Source: Octopus bimaculoides
Lineage: Eukaryota
Length of the DNA: 64,000 nt
Assembly: GCF_001194135.2 (NCBI RefSeq)
Contig: NC_068983.1
Location: forward strand, 32,613,417 to 32,677,416
Direction: 5' to 3'
Shown: one piece after another, positions 33,801-45,663 of the stretch
How the letters are laid out: every line of letters begins with the position of its first letter
Numbering within the stretch: position 1 is the stretch's first letter
The notes under the pieces: generated by a model
Seen by the model: the letters and a program-made list of their open reading frames with translations, nothing else
The model's database searches: none
Told to the model about the DNA's origin: nothing
Made by a program: the position numbers and the translations under genes

Positions 33801-36709
33801 GCTGGGCATTCTCCATCGCATCGACGCGAGTTTTTATATAATAATAATGATAATAATAATGATAATAATATATATATATANNNNNNNNNNNNNNNNNNNN
33901 NNNNNNNNNNNNNNNNNNNNNNNNNNNNNNNNNNNNNNNNNNNNNNNNNNNNNNNNNNNNNNNNNNNNNNNNNNNNNNNNNNNNNNNNNNNNNNNNNNNN
34001 NNNNNNNNNNNNNNNNNNNNNNNNNNNNNNNNNNNNNNNNNNNNNNNNNNNNNNNNNNNNNNNNNNNNNNNNNNNNNNNNNNNNNNNNNNNNNNNNNNNN
34101 NNNNNNNNNNNNNNNNNNNNNNNNNNNNNNNNNNNNNNNNNNNNNNNNNNNNNNNNNNNNNNNNNNNNNNNNNNNNNNNNNNNNNNNNNNNNNNNNNNNN
34201 NNNNNNNNNNNNNNNNNNNNNNNNNNNNNNNNNNNNNNNNNNNNNNNNNNNNNNNNNNNNNNNNNNNNNNNNNNNNNNNNNNNNNNNNNNNNNNNNNNNN
34301 NNNNNNNNNNNNNNNNNNNNNNNNNNNNNNNNNNNNNNNNNNNNNNNNNNNNNNNNNNNNNNNNNNNNNNNNNNNNNNNNNNNNNNNNNNNNNNNNNNNN
34401 NNNNNNNNNNNNNNNNNNNNNNNNNNNNNNNNNNNNNNNNNNNNNNNNNNNNNNNNNNNNNNNNNNNNNNNNNNNNNNNNNNNNNNNNNNNNNNNNNNNN
34501 NNNNNNNNNNNNNNNNNNNNNNNNNNNNNNNNNNNNNNNNNNNNNNNNNNNNNNNNNNNNNNNNNNNNNNNNNNNNNNNNNNNNNNNNNNNNNNNNNNNN
34601 NNNNNNNNNNNNNNNNNNNNNNNNNNNNNNNNNNNNNNNNNNNNNNNNNNNNNNNNNNNNNNNNNNNNNNNNNNNNNNNNNNNNNNNNNNNNNNNNNNNN
34701 NNNNNNNNNNNNNNNNNNNNNNNNNNNNNNNNNNNNNNNNNNNNNNNNAATACAAATGATATATAAGCACATGCATGTATACATAAGAATACGCAAACCA
34801 CAAAATAGTGACTAAAAGAAACTGAACCAGAACAGCATGTGTTAAAAAGAAAAGAATAAAATTAAGTATGAAAAAGATTGAAGAATAGAAAAGTTCTACA
34901 GATAGAAACTTTTGGATATGACAATAATCTGAAGGTGAAAATATTTGCAGAAATAAAGACTCAACAAATGTCTCTATGCCACAACAAAATGTTTTAAGGA
35001 TAAAATGACATCAGCTATAAGAAGCCCAAATCTTGCCATTGTAGACTTAACGTGAACCGATTCAAACAATGATATTTCCAGGATAAACCAAATAATATAT
35101 GCAACAACCATGGTACTTATGAAGCAGAGTGCATATTCCTTCGGATCTACTTATATAGCAATATCGAGCTCCAACTTAGGTGGAACATGTACAACAGAAA
35201 AAATGTAGGAAATTAAAGAAAAGCTTATCCTTAATAAGTTCAAAAACAAAAATACACATAAGCAAAAAAAAAAAAAAAAAANNNNNNNNNNAAAAAAAAA
35301 AAAAAAAAAAAAAAAAGGAAAGGAAGAAAATAATTAGAGACAACTTCTATAGGGATATAACATTATAAAAAAATGATGTTGCCAAAGTGAAAATTATCTT
35401 TTCAAAAGAGAAATCCATGCTAAGTCTTAAAAGACCAGTATGAAAAGCAACAATGGTTCTTTGAACAGGAACAATATTCTAATGTAGCTCAAAATGAATC
35501 TTACCAAAACTTAGGTAAAGATAAGATAGAAATCAATGCAGCATCAACAGCAAGAGAAAAGAGTTCTTAAGGAGTTGGCGTTTGGAGAGCGAAGGAAATG
35601 CCATAAGTGGGAATATTCAAACAAGTACAGATAAGTGGGAATATTCAAATAAGTACAGATAAAAACAATCATCGAATGCCATGTGAAAACGAGTAGGAAG
35701 AGAAGTGGTTGAGATGCTACAAAAATGAAAAACTGAAAAGTTTTAGGCTGCTAAATTTCTAATATTACAGTGGCAACAGTAGTAATACACGTCTTTTAAA
35801 TGGAAAAGTTGTTCTCCGAAGACGAAATCCAACAGTGAAAAGCATGTTCACTTCCAAATCTATCGGAACATGTTAAGAATGAATATCGCATCATAGTTTC
35901 GACTCTTGCTAATTTGCAAACTGATGATAATCTTATATGAGTGGGTAGCTGATCGAACAACTGTCCGCATACATGTCGGAAATGACGTAAGACCATCACA
36001 CACACAAACATAATAAGTGGAAATTATGCCATAAGTATGAAATACATACGAAAAAAAGGTGGTTCTGACATATCGAGAAATGGTGTCAGATAACGATGAC
36101 GGGTCTATTTTGTAGGGCATGCCAATTCATACAGACATGGACATTAAGAAATAACGGGCAAATACTATTGTCAAAAAGCACCAAGTAAATGTATCTCCAA
36201 ATGGATTTATCTCTTTCAACAGTTAACAACATATTTTTTAAAGAAGCAGTGAAACAATTGAAATATATTTTGGAATTGTATTAGTTTGGCAAATGGATTA
36301 AAATAACACACTGTGTTGAAATTGAAGCAGTTACATCTCGATAATGGCACAAACGCATTGAAATCTTAATATCGAATCATAAAGATATGTAAATAAGGAT
36401 AACCAGAGGTGCAGATTGTAAAATGAACCACTCCTTATAAATATAGGTGCTGTAGAAATGATTAACAAGGTATACAGAAATACATAACCTAAGTTCAAAA
36501 AGTTACACGTACGCAACATGCAGTTCTACAAAGCATTGCTTACACATATGCAACATATGTTGAATACAATGAAGATATGTAAAAACAAGGCAAAACTGCA
36601 TATACCAAAGGCATTCTGAGAACTTGGTTGTATAACGAAAACACAACAAAAATAATACTACAAAAACAATAATAATAAAAAGTAATATTAATTATAACTG
36701 TAGAGTGGC

Positions 36710-36915
36710 GACCTGGCAGAATCGTTAGCAGGCCGGGAAAAATGCTTAGCGACATTTCATCCGTCTTTACGTTCTGAATTCAAAATTCATCGAGGTCGAT
36801 TTTGCCTTTCGTCCTTTCGAGGTCGACAAAGTAAGCACCAGTTTAGCACTGGGGTTGTTGTAATCGACTTACCCCCACCCCGAAATTGCTGGTATTGTGC
36901 GACAATTTGGAACTA
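36710..36915 (+). mobile_element. SINE family A
   Basis: Full head-to-tail match to family A. Confidence 0.85.
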
Positions 36916-37039
36916 ATATTAATAATAAACAGTTATTTTAGTAATTATGAAGAAAATGTGGATAACAAAGATACTGGCACGTTGAATTTTCTTAATCACC
37001 TCATATTTGTTTCTTTATCTAAGTTTTATGTGTTGGTTT

Positions 37040-37440
37040 CAAATTTTGGTACAAATCCAGTAACTTCTGGGGCGGGAGTAAATCGATTACATCGACCCAG
37101 GTACTCAACTGGTACTTATTTAATCAACCTCGAAAGGATGAAAGGCAAAGTCAGCTCGGCGGAATTTGAATTCAGAACGGGATGACAGAAGAAATGTCGC
37201 AAAACATTTTACCCAATATGCTAAGGATGCTTTTCTACTCTAGGCACAAGGCCCGAAATTTTGGGGGAGGGGGCAAGTCGATTAGATTGACCCCAGTACG
37301 CAACTGGTACTTAATTTATCGACCCCGAAAGGATGAAAGGCAAAGTCGACCTTGGCAGAATTTGAACTAAGAACGTAAAGACAGACGAAATGCCACTAAA
37401 CATTTCGACCAGCGTGCTAACGTTTTTGATAGCACGCCGC
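37040..37440 (-). mobile_element. Two tandem SINE family A copies in reverse orientation (37040-37200, 37240-37440)
   Basis: Each contains CTGGTACTT..CCCGAAAGGATGAAAGGCAAAGTC-type cores. Confidence 0.85.
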
Positions 37441-39369
37441 CTTATCTAAGTCTTATATATTGATATGGGCATGCATCAAATCCTTAGGAACTCGAGCGTA
37501 AAAACTAAAATTTTGTTTTGCTATATTTGATGTTTGTATCGTAGGCTCGTATTAAACCGTTTACATTGATATGATTTCCCAGAGATGTGGTGTTTATGAG
37601 TTATGAAGTAGGAAAAGAAAAAGTGGAATATTACAAAATACCCGGTAACTATTTCTGTAGGTGATCAGAGACTCCAATGAATATTTATATCTTCTAAAAA
37701 AAAAAAAACACCTGTATCTTGTAATATATACATGCTTACATAAATACATACACATACATCCATGCAAACACACAGACACTAACAGACAGACACATGCATG
37801 CACGCACACACACACATGCACGCATACATACTGATATGCATGTGTGAAATTAAAAAAAAAATTCTTCGTGAAACATTAAAATTCTGATGTCATGTAATTT
37901 AGAAACAAAAATTACCCAAAGAGACTTTCCTTGCTGTTAGGGCCAAATTCTACCAATTCTGAAATTGAAGCGTTTGCAGAAAATGCAACAAGAATAGGAT
38001 ATCGCTATTGGATCGGAAATCAATATAGAAACATAAATGCCAAGATATTTCTGTGTGAAATATATTCATCAGAAGTAAAATAATAGTTATGCAAAAGTAT
38101 ACATGAAAACAAGCTAAATATTAAGTATAAAACAGAATCTATAAAAAAATATTGCCATTCCTATGGTTTCACATGGCTAAATATAATAAATTAAATATTG
38201 GAGATTTGTAGAGGAAGCATTCACAGATAAATGCGTACATACCGTTCAATACAATACAGGTGCTATTTTAAAATCAATATAACTGAAAAATATTCTATAA
38301 AATATGAATTTTATACAGGTACTACTTCATTGGAAAACAAGTAATTGTATAAGAGATACTACTACATAATGATAGAGTTAACAAGCTATATTTTATAGAA
38401 TAAGAACGAAGAAGATTTCTAAAGAATAAAGATATTGTAACAATATGCGTATCAGCAGAATCAAATTTGTAAAGTTGCGTTGAATTTTTCGGATAGAAAA
38501 CTTAGACGGAACATTAAAGTTTACAGATAGTAGAAAATGCACGGAACAAACTACGTTACACATTAGCAAAAGCAACAGAAAAATAGAAAGGCAAAAATGA
38601 AAGTTCTTACAATAGACATAAAAAACAAAGAATAGGTACAAGTGATTTCGACATGAAAGAAGAAAACATTAAAGTTAACAAAAAATTAATTACAAAAGCA
38701 TTAGTGAATAATATAGTGAGATCTGGAGAAACGATAAATACTTAATAGGTGAGAACAGGTGTCAAGTAAACAATATTGCCTGTAATTACGCTACTGAACA
38801 GTACATAAAAGTGTTATTTATTTACCACCAGGTGAGCTAAACGACTTGCAGAACTCTGCTTCATATAACATAGTATAACTGAGGCCTACAAAAGGCTTAT
38901 CGGATTTTCAAGATGCGTTAGATTGAAAGTATAAAACGGCATCCATTGAAGGAAACGCCTGGTGTACTTCTGGAAAGAAAATGAAGTGTCATACTTGAGG
39001 ATACGGTTGAAAATGTAACTCACGATCTACAGATCATGACCACAACAACGCAACAACTAAGCCACGCACCCTCAACACGTGTAACACACTAAAAAAAAAG
39101 TAGTAAGATATTCATTCATCACATACAATTTCATTTGCAATGTTAACCTTTGTCTTATCATTCTCGATGAGAATTTTTTTTATCTATCAAAACTTAATAA
39201 ACATAACGTTATTAATATGATCTCTTACTTAACCCGATTTTCACACAAGTACACTCATGGTTTCCATGTAACCTATGGTGGCGTTGCTATTTCCAACGTT
39301 TATTTACGTTTCTCTATTAGTAATTTTAATCGCATATCTATCTTGAAATAAACTTTAGGACGTGGAATA

Positions 39370-39520
39370 AGTAGTGTTATTGGACGCTCAGGAAAGGAAA
39401 GAAAAGAAAGAGGATTTCACGTTTCGAGAGGAGCTCTTCATCAGAAATATAGAAAAAGTCCAAAGACAGGAAGACGCAGAAAAAAAAATGGCCAACGATA
39501 CACACGTGGTCACATATTGA
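39370..39520 (-). mobile_element. Short hammerhead-bearing repeat (same family as 17575-17930)
   Basis: Minus strand CTGATGA-A-GAG(ctcct)CTC-GAAA-CGTGA (39417-39444), then CCTGAGCGTCCAATAAC. Confidence 0.6.
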
Positions 39521-39567
39521 AATGTATGTATGTATGTATGTATGTATGTATGCAGGCATGTATGTAT

Positions 39568-39630
39568 AACCCAGGGTAACACTACCTTCTCGAGGCACTT
39601 GATGTAGGCCTCCGTGTTGAGTCTGAGGCC
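39568..39630 (-). mobile_element. Tc1/mariner (maT-like) transposase micro-fragment
   Basis: GLRLNTEAYIKCLEKVVLPWV resembles the segment preceding the second catalytic Asp (xQQDxAPxH) of these transposases. Confidence 0.55.
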
Positions 39631-40300
39631 ATTTTTTTTCTCCGTGTTTTTCTCCTTGTTTTTATATATATATATATATNNNNNNNNNNNNNNNNNNNNN
39701 NNNNNNNNNNNNNNNNNNNNNNNNNNNNNNNNNNNNNNNNNNNNNNNNNNNNNNNNNNNNNNNNNNNNNNNNNNNNNNNNNNNNNNNNNNNNNNNNNNNN
39801 NNNNNNNNNNNNNNNNNNNNNNNNNNNNNNNNNNNNNNNNNNNNNNNNNNNNNNNNNNNNNNNNNNNNNNNNNNNNNNNNNNNNNNNNNNNNNNNNNNNN
39901 NNNNNNNNNNNNNNNNNNNNNNNNNNNNNNNNNNNNNNNNNNNNNNNNNNNNNNNNNNNNNNNNNNNNNNNNNNNNNNNNNNNNNNNNNNNNNNNNNNNN
40001 NNNNNNNNNNNNNNNNNNNNNNNNNNNNNNNNNNNNNNNNNNNNNNNNNNNNNNNNNNNNNNNNNNNNNNNNNNNNNNNNNNNNNNNNNNNNNNNNNNNN
40101 NNNNNNNNNNNNNNNNNNNNNNNNNNNNNNNNNNNNNNNNNNNNNNNNNNNNNNNNNNNNNNNNNNNNNNNNNNNNNNNNNNNNNNNNNNNNNNNNNNNN
40201 NNNNNNNNNNNNNNNNNNNNNNNNNNNNNNNNNNNNNNNNNNNNNNNNNNNNNNNNNNNNNNNNNNNNNNNNNNNNNNNNNNNNNNNNNNNNNNNNNNNN

Positions 40301-40363
<63 letters not shown>

Positions 40364-40934
40364 TACATACATGAATCCATGTCTGGCTAAAAACGTTTAA
40401 TATCTATGGAATTTCTTAACATTCGATCAATTTATTTGCACGAATATTTCTGCCCTATTTATTTCATTTGTCAAATATTTTTTCATTGCTGCTTTTTCTC
40501 TCTTTCACTTAAGCTTTGCAAAGGCAATCCACTCGCATAATTAACCTAATAATCTACCATTCGGCTCGAAACATCGATGAGTTCTCATTCGATTGAATAT
40601 ATAAAGCGTCCTCTCCGCTTCTTATACTATTCCATAAATAACTTTGTTGATGTCTGTACGTACTGAAAATAAATATTATCACTGTCATTGATTAATAGAA
40701 GGGCCATTTATACATTCTATTTTGCCTGTTTTCATATCTGCTATTGGTTTCTCATATTTTGAAATAAATTTCACACCTGATATTACCATCAAAAACTGCT
40801 CGAAATGAAGCCTACATTAATGGAGCGTCTCATATAATTGCTTAGGGTTCTGATTCATACACAAAACAAAATACACAAACATTAAAAATTTACTGTAACC
40901 TATTCTTTCACGGTAATATTTCAAAGGAGCACAA

Positions 40935-41150
40935 GGTGGCAAGCTGACAGAATCATTAGCACAGCGAACAAAACACTTAGCGGCATTTCGTCTGACTAAT
41001 TAGCTCTGAGTTCAAATTGCGCCGAAGTCGACTTTGCCTTGCATCCTTTTGGGTTCCATAAAATAAGTACTAGCAGAGCACTGGGGTCGATATAATCGAC
41101 TTAGCCCACCCCCGAAATTGCTGGCTTTGTGCCAAAATCTGAAATCAATA
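40935..41150 (+). mobile_element. SINE family A with 14-bp TSD
   Basis: Full family A match. AATATTTCAAAGGA occurs at 40915-40928 and 41147-41160. Confidence 0.87.
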
Positions 41151-42159
41151 TTTCAAAGGACTATTTTAACGAAGTTTTTTTCCTATATTTAAAATGTTAA
41201 CCGAAGTGTTTTGTAGCTAAAGTAAAGTATTTCGGAGAAAGATCTTGGGACAAGAAAGAGCTTGATAAAACCATGATTTAGAATAATTGAAGATATCGTG
41301 AAAGGTATGCACAGTTTGGCTATGCTTCTACGTAAAAATCTAGAAGAAATGAATCCCATATCTACTTAAGTTATGCTGTAAGCTAAAGAACAGACACATA
41401 ATTTACAGTGTATGCGTTTGTTTACATCGAAAGGAACACAATAATAGCATAACAAGTAAGATTCTATAGCAGTCAAACACTAGTCTTACGATCTTAAGAC
41501 AGAACATATTGGAAATGAAGTTCAGTTACATTATTTCATGAGCATAAAGATGGTATGGGCATGGTTGGAATTCTTTTGCTCAAGAGACTGCTTGCTCGGG
41601 ACTGCATTGATGTCAAACAACAACAATAAAGGGTTAATATATATACACATACACATATATTTATATATGAAAGGTAACATAAGATTACACGCACATAAAC
41701 ACACACACATTCACATATACAAATTTATATATGAATGGTATTGAAAAATAAGATCTTTTGAAAACATCTCTTGAAAGTAAAATCGACTAATTTCAAGTAG
41801 TAGCTCAAGAGAATATAAAGAAAAGGAAATTGATGACATTAATTAACTTCGATAATGACTTTAAAATATTACTTGTTGAAACATTATTGGAGAAAAAGTT
41901 CAGTAAGATTGAAATAGTGAAATCGGAAAAAATATGCTAATTGAAGTTTTGCTAAGATTAGTGTACAATTTAAATACTAATTAATAAAGATGATATGCTG
42001 CAATGGGAATAAATCCCCCGTCAATTTATATTGTGGGCTAAGAATTCAAAACAAAAGAAGAAGAGTGTTTATTTTATTAAAACTGTTAAGAGAAAATAAT
42101 CTTTATTCTATATTTAGGCACAAGGTCAGACATTTTTTACTTCATTTTTTGTCTATATA

Positions 42160-42380
42160 TGATGTGCGTTCCTCTAGCCTTCTTCCTGCAACCTTTCTGT
42201 TCTTCTGGCAGTTAATTCCGGTTATCAAGGTGTGTTGTTTGTGTAGCGCAGGTTGTTTTCTTCTGTCGGATATCGGCCTTCTATGGTACATGTGGGTTTT
42301 GTTCATTTTGTCGGGTATTTACAGTATGAGTTTATTCTTGTATGATTTTGGAGGGCTGTTGCAGAGGAGGGGTGTTGCAT
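42160..42380 (-). mobile_element. R4/Dong-type RT fragment
   Basis: LPEEQKGCRKKARGT corresponds to [18 protein letters not shown] in the copy at 56620-57335. Confidence 0.55.
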
Positions 42381-42469
42381 AGTATTATTTTATAGTAATC
42401 AACTATGTTATAGTATTTATGATTATCTGTCCGCCGTTCTTTTGCTTGGTTTGGTTATGGGTTCCGTTA

Positions 42470-42612
42470 ATTCTTCTTGTTCTTGTTCTTCTTGTTCTTG
42501 TTCTTCTTGTTTTTGTTCTTATTCTTCTTGCTCTTGTTGTTGTTGCTGTTCTTCTTCTTCTTCTTCTTCTTCTTCTTCTTCTTCTTCTTCTTCTTCTTCT
42601 TCTTCTTCTTCT
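42470..42612. repeat. Compound (TTCTTG)n(TTG)n(TTC)n microsatellite at the LINE 3' end
   Basis: Directly visible. Confidence 0.95.
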
Positions 42613-42639
42613 CACTTGCATTATTATCTTTCAATTCTG

Positions 42640-43642
42640 TTTCCTTTTCTTGCTGAGTGCTTTCCTGACACCTAGGACAGAGAAACGCACTGTATACATT
42701 TGTAGGCCACGAAACTAATCACACCAGATTGTTCATTTACAAAGTCATGTGATAGAAAAAAAGGGGACAAAAGAGATAGAGAAAAAGAAAAAAAAACAAA
42801 TATAAAAGTGAATAAAGAAAATAAATGGCAAAAAAGGAAGGAAATTTCACAGCGACAATGCTTTTCTCAATACGTGTGATAATTATTATGTGTGGTCTAT
42901 TATCTTGTAACTACTTGTCCGTTTGAATAGGGAAGTCCCACAAAATCTTACAATTCTCTGACTCCAATACACTTACGACTCGATGATTGTACCATGTGTT
43001 TCCATCTTCAAATCCCCATTTCTGACACAGTTTCCAGTGCAAAATATTTACAATCTGGTTGTGCCTCCATTTCTTATATTCTTCCGGTATCAACTTGGGG
43101 CAATCTTCCACAATATATGCCACTGTCTCGTCCCAAGTTCCACAAGATCTACATTTTTCCGACACCTTCTCTCCAAATATATTCTTTCTTAAGTAGTTTG
43201 TTTTTATCGCTTGATCTTGAGCTGTTACAATTAGGATCCCTGTTTCTATTTTTAATTGCTCTTTCTTTAACCAGGCCCAGGATTTTGTTCCACATACGTC
43301 TTCAGTGGCTCTCTATCATTGGCCATGAAGAAGTTTCTCTTCAATATGTCTGACGTGCTCTCTTTGTATTTTATTCTTGTCCTTTTCTCGTAGTACGTGC
43401 TTCATCACCTTTTCTTTATTAACTGCCTTTATAGTTCTTTCTGTGCTGCTCTATAACTACTCTACTAGACTTTCTTCCCCATCAGTACACATTCTTCTAC
43501 TGCTATTAAGCCTCTTCATGAAGTTGGAATTATAGACTGGACCAAAAACTATATAAAGAAAATTGACAGAAAAACTAGGAAGTTGTTGAAGATGTATGGA
43601 ACCCACCATCTGAAAGTTGATATCAACCGGCTTTACTGTCAA
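42640..43642 (-). mobile_element. R4/Dong-type RLE LINE 3' fragment with an inverted 5' piece
   Basis: Minus strand: GRGLIAVEECV.., CRSCGTWDETVAYIVEDC, VLESENCKILWDFPIQTDK, and a 3' UTR like 27080-27150. Plus strand 43524-43642: GIIDWTKNYIKKIDRKTRKLLKMYGTHHLKVDINRLYCQ. Confidence 0.82.
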
Positions 43643-44749
43643 GTATCGACCCGTATGATAGTGCATTCGATACCAAAGAAATTGAAAAACCTCGAAATAT
43701 CAGGATCTAACCGGAGAGTTGAAGAGACTGCTGAAAACCAAGACAACAATTATTCCTGTGGCAATTAGTATACACACACACATACACCCACACACACTCA
43801 CACACATGCACGCACGCGCACGCACGCACATACATACATACACATGTATATATATATATATATGGTAAAAACAGACGTATGGATTATCTGGTATTGCTAG
43901 AGTTATTTCATTAGGAATTTTAATTTTGACGTAGGCATAATACAATTAGTTAGATTGTGTTATACGTTACACATCTCCCAACTCATTAGGCAATCAAGTA
44001 AGCAGCATCTTGTTAATTAATCAACAGATTATGAACAAGTCATTCCTCTACTTTATACATGTAGGTATGCATGTATGCATGCATGAATGTCAATATTTAT
44101 CTATCTATCTATCTATCTCTCTATGAGAATGAAATATACATATATATATCCTAATATGTAAACACGATAGAACAAATTGGAGAAAAGAAAATAACAGCAC
44201 TTGACTGATTCTTTATGTTCCAGACCTTGTAGTGATGGAAAGCAAAGAATCCCGTATCAGGGTTGAACCGGGAACGTTAAGAATCTGAAGAAATGCTGCA
44301 ATGCATTTTTCTGGCGTTTTAATGCTTCTTCCATTCTACCGCCTCTACTTCTACTATAATTACCGCAACAGCCATCGATCAGTAACATGAATAGCATCAA
44401 GTGTAGAATGAGCACTGAGAATCGCAATTAAATTACTTTAACCAAGAATATCACATTTCCGCCTTTAATAAATTTAATGAATACTCTCAGATTGTAAATA
44501 GACGAAAATAATTACACAGTTCACATTCCGTTTAAAAGAGCAATTAATGTTTTAAAAATTAAATATAATAAATGTTGGTTGATGCCGTCACAACGTAATG
44601 ATTAGGTAAACTTGGCTCTCGTATTTTAGCCTGCCTGCCCAAATCAAAACTTCTTTGTACGTATAAGTTAAACACTTGTACTGACATACGCTCACACATA
44701 AATACACACTTACCTACAAGCTAAACTCGAAGGAGTTTTTACGTTGTCA

Positions 44750-44905
44750 CTCGATCCTCTAGAAATAAGAGCCAACTTTCTCTAACATAACATTCTGCGT
44801 CTTAAACATTAAATCTCCGACGAACTCCATGGTTACGGTTAGAATACCTTTGATCACAGGTTTGATGGATAAAGGTCGATTTAAGACCGTAAAGCAATAA
44901 CAACC
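44750..44905 (+). mobile_element. Old SINE-like domain fragment (similar pieces at about 14330-14470 and 20250-20410)
   Basis: Shared motifs (A/C)GAGCCAA/CAGCCAAA..AAT(A/G)CCTTT(GA/AA) among three loci; heavily diverged. Confidence 0.35.
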
Positions 44906-44934
44906 CTTCACACATACATATACACAATTACGTA

Positions 44935-44987
<53 letters not shown>

Positions 44988-45604
44988 GTGTATGTGTGTG
45001 CATGTGTGTGTGTGCGCGTGCATTACCTAACCTTCACCTTAAACTAGTAATTAGTTAGCCCACTGATTTGTCCAGCGTTTTCCTTTCCAACTGTTAAACA
45101 CTAAGAAGATTCCTTCCGAACTCTCTTCTACTTAATGAACCCTGAGAAGCATCGGTATTATTTGTCGATTAAATGGACTCATATACTTCATTTTACTTCA
45201 TTTTAACGACCTCGTCAGAAAAAAAATACAAATTTAACCTTCGTTACATATACACTGACTATGTAGACAAGAATTAAATACCGCAATGCATTCTCAAAAG
45301 CCGTAATGATTCTGTCAATCCGCTGCCAGAAACTCTTTTAAAAGTTGTGCTCTTTAACAGTAAATTAATCATCCCTATGCTACACAATCCAAGTATATTT
45401 ATATACTTTCTGAAATCTATTTTTCGATCTGCAGCAATATGTTTCTCAACAACAGAGTTACAAATACTGTCATATATTCGTTTGTCTTCGTTGGAAAAAT
45501 GTCAAACGAATCATGGAATTTGAGCCAAGTGATACGTTATTAATACAATGCAGTTAAGTCCAGTGGAAAAGCTTAAGTATGGTTGGATTCATAAACGTGT
45601 TCGG

Positions 45605-45663
<59 letters not shown>

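Noticed and set aside
35603-35660. 28-bp tandem duplication ATAAGTGGGAATATTCAAA(C/T)AAGTACAG
   Set aside because: Only two copies, consistent with an ordinary local slippage duplication.
37850-39060. A-rich stretch suggestive of an ancient LINE
   Set aside because: No motif could be read with confidence in any frame; it needs a profile HMM search.
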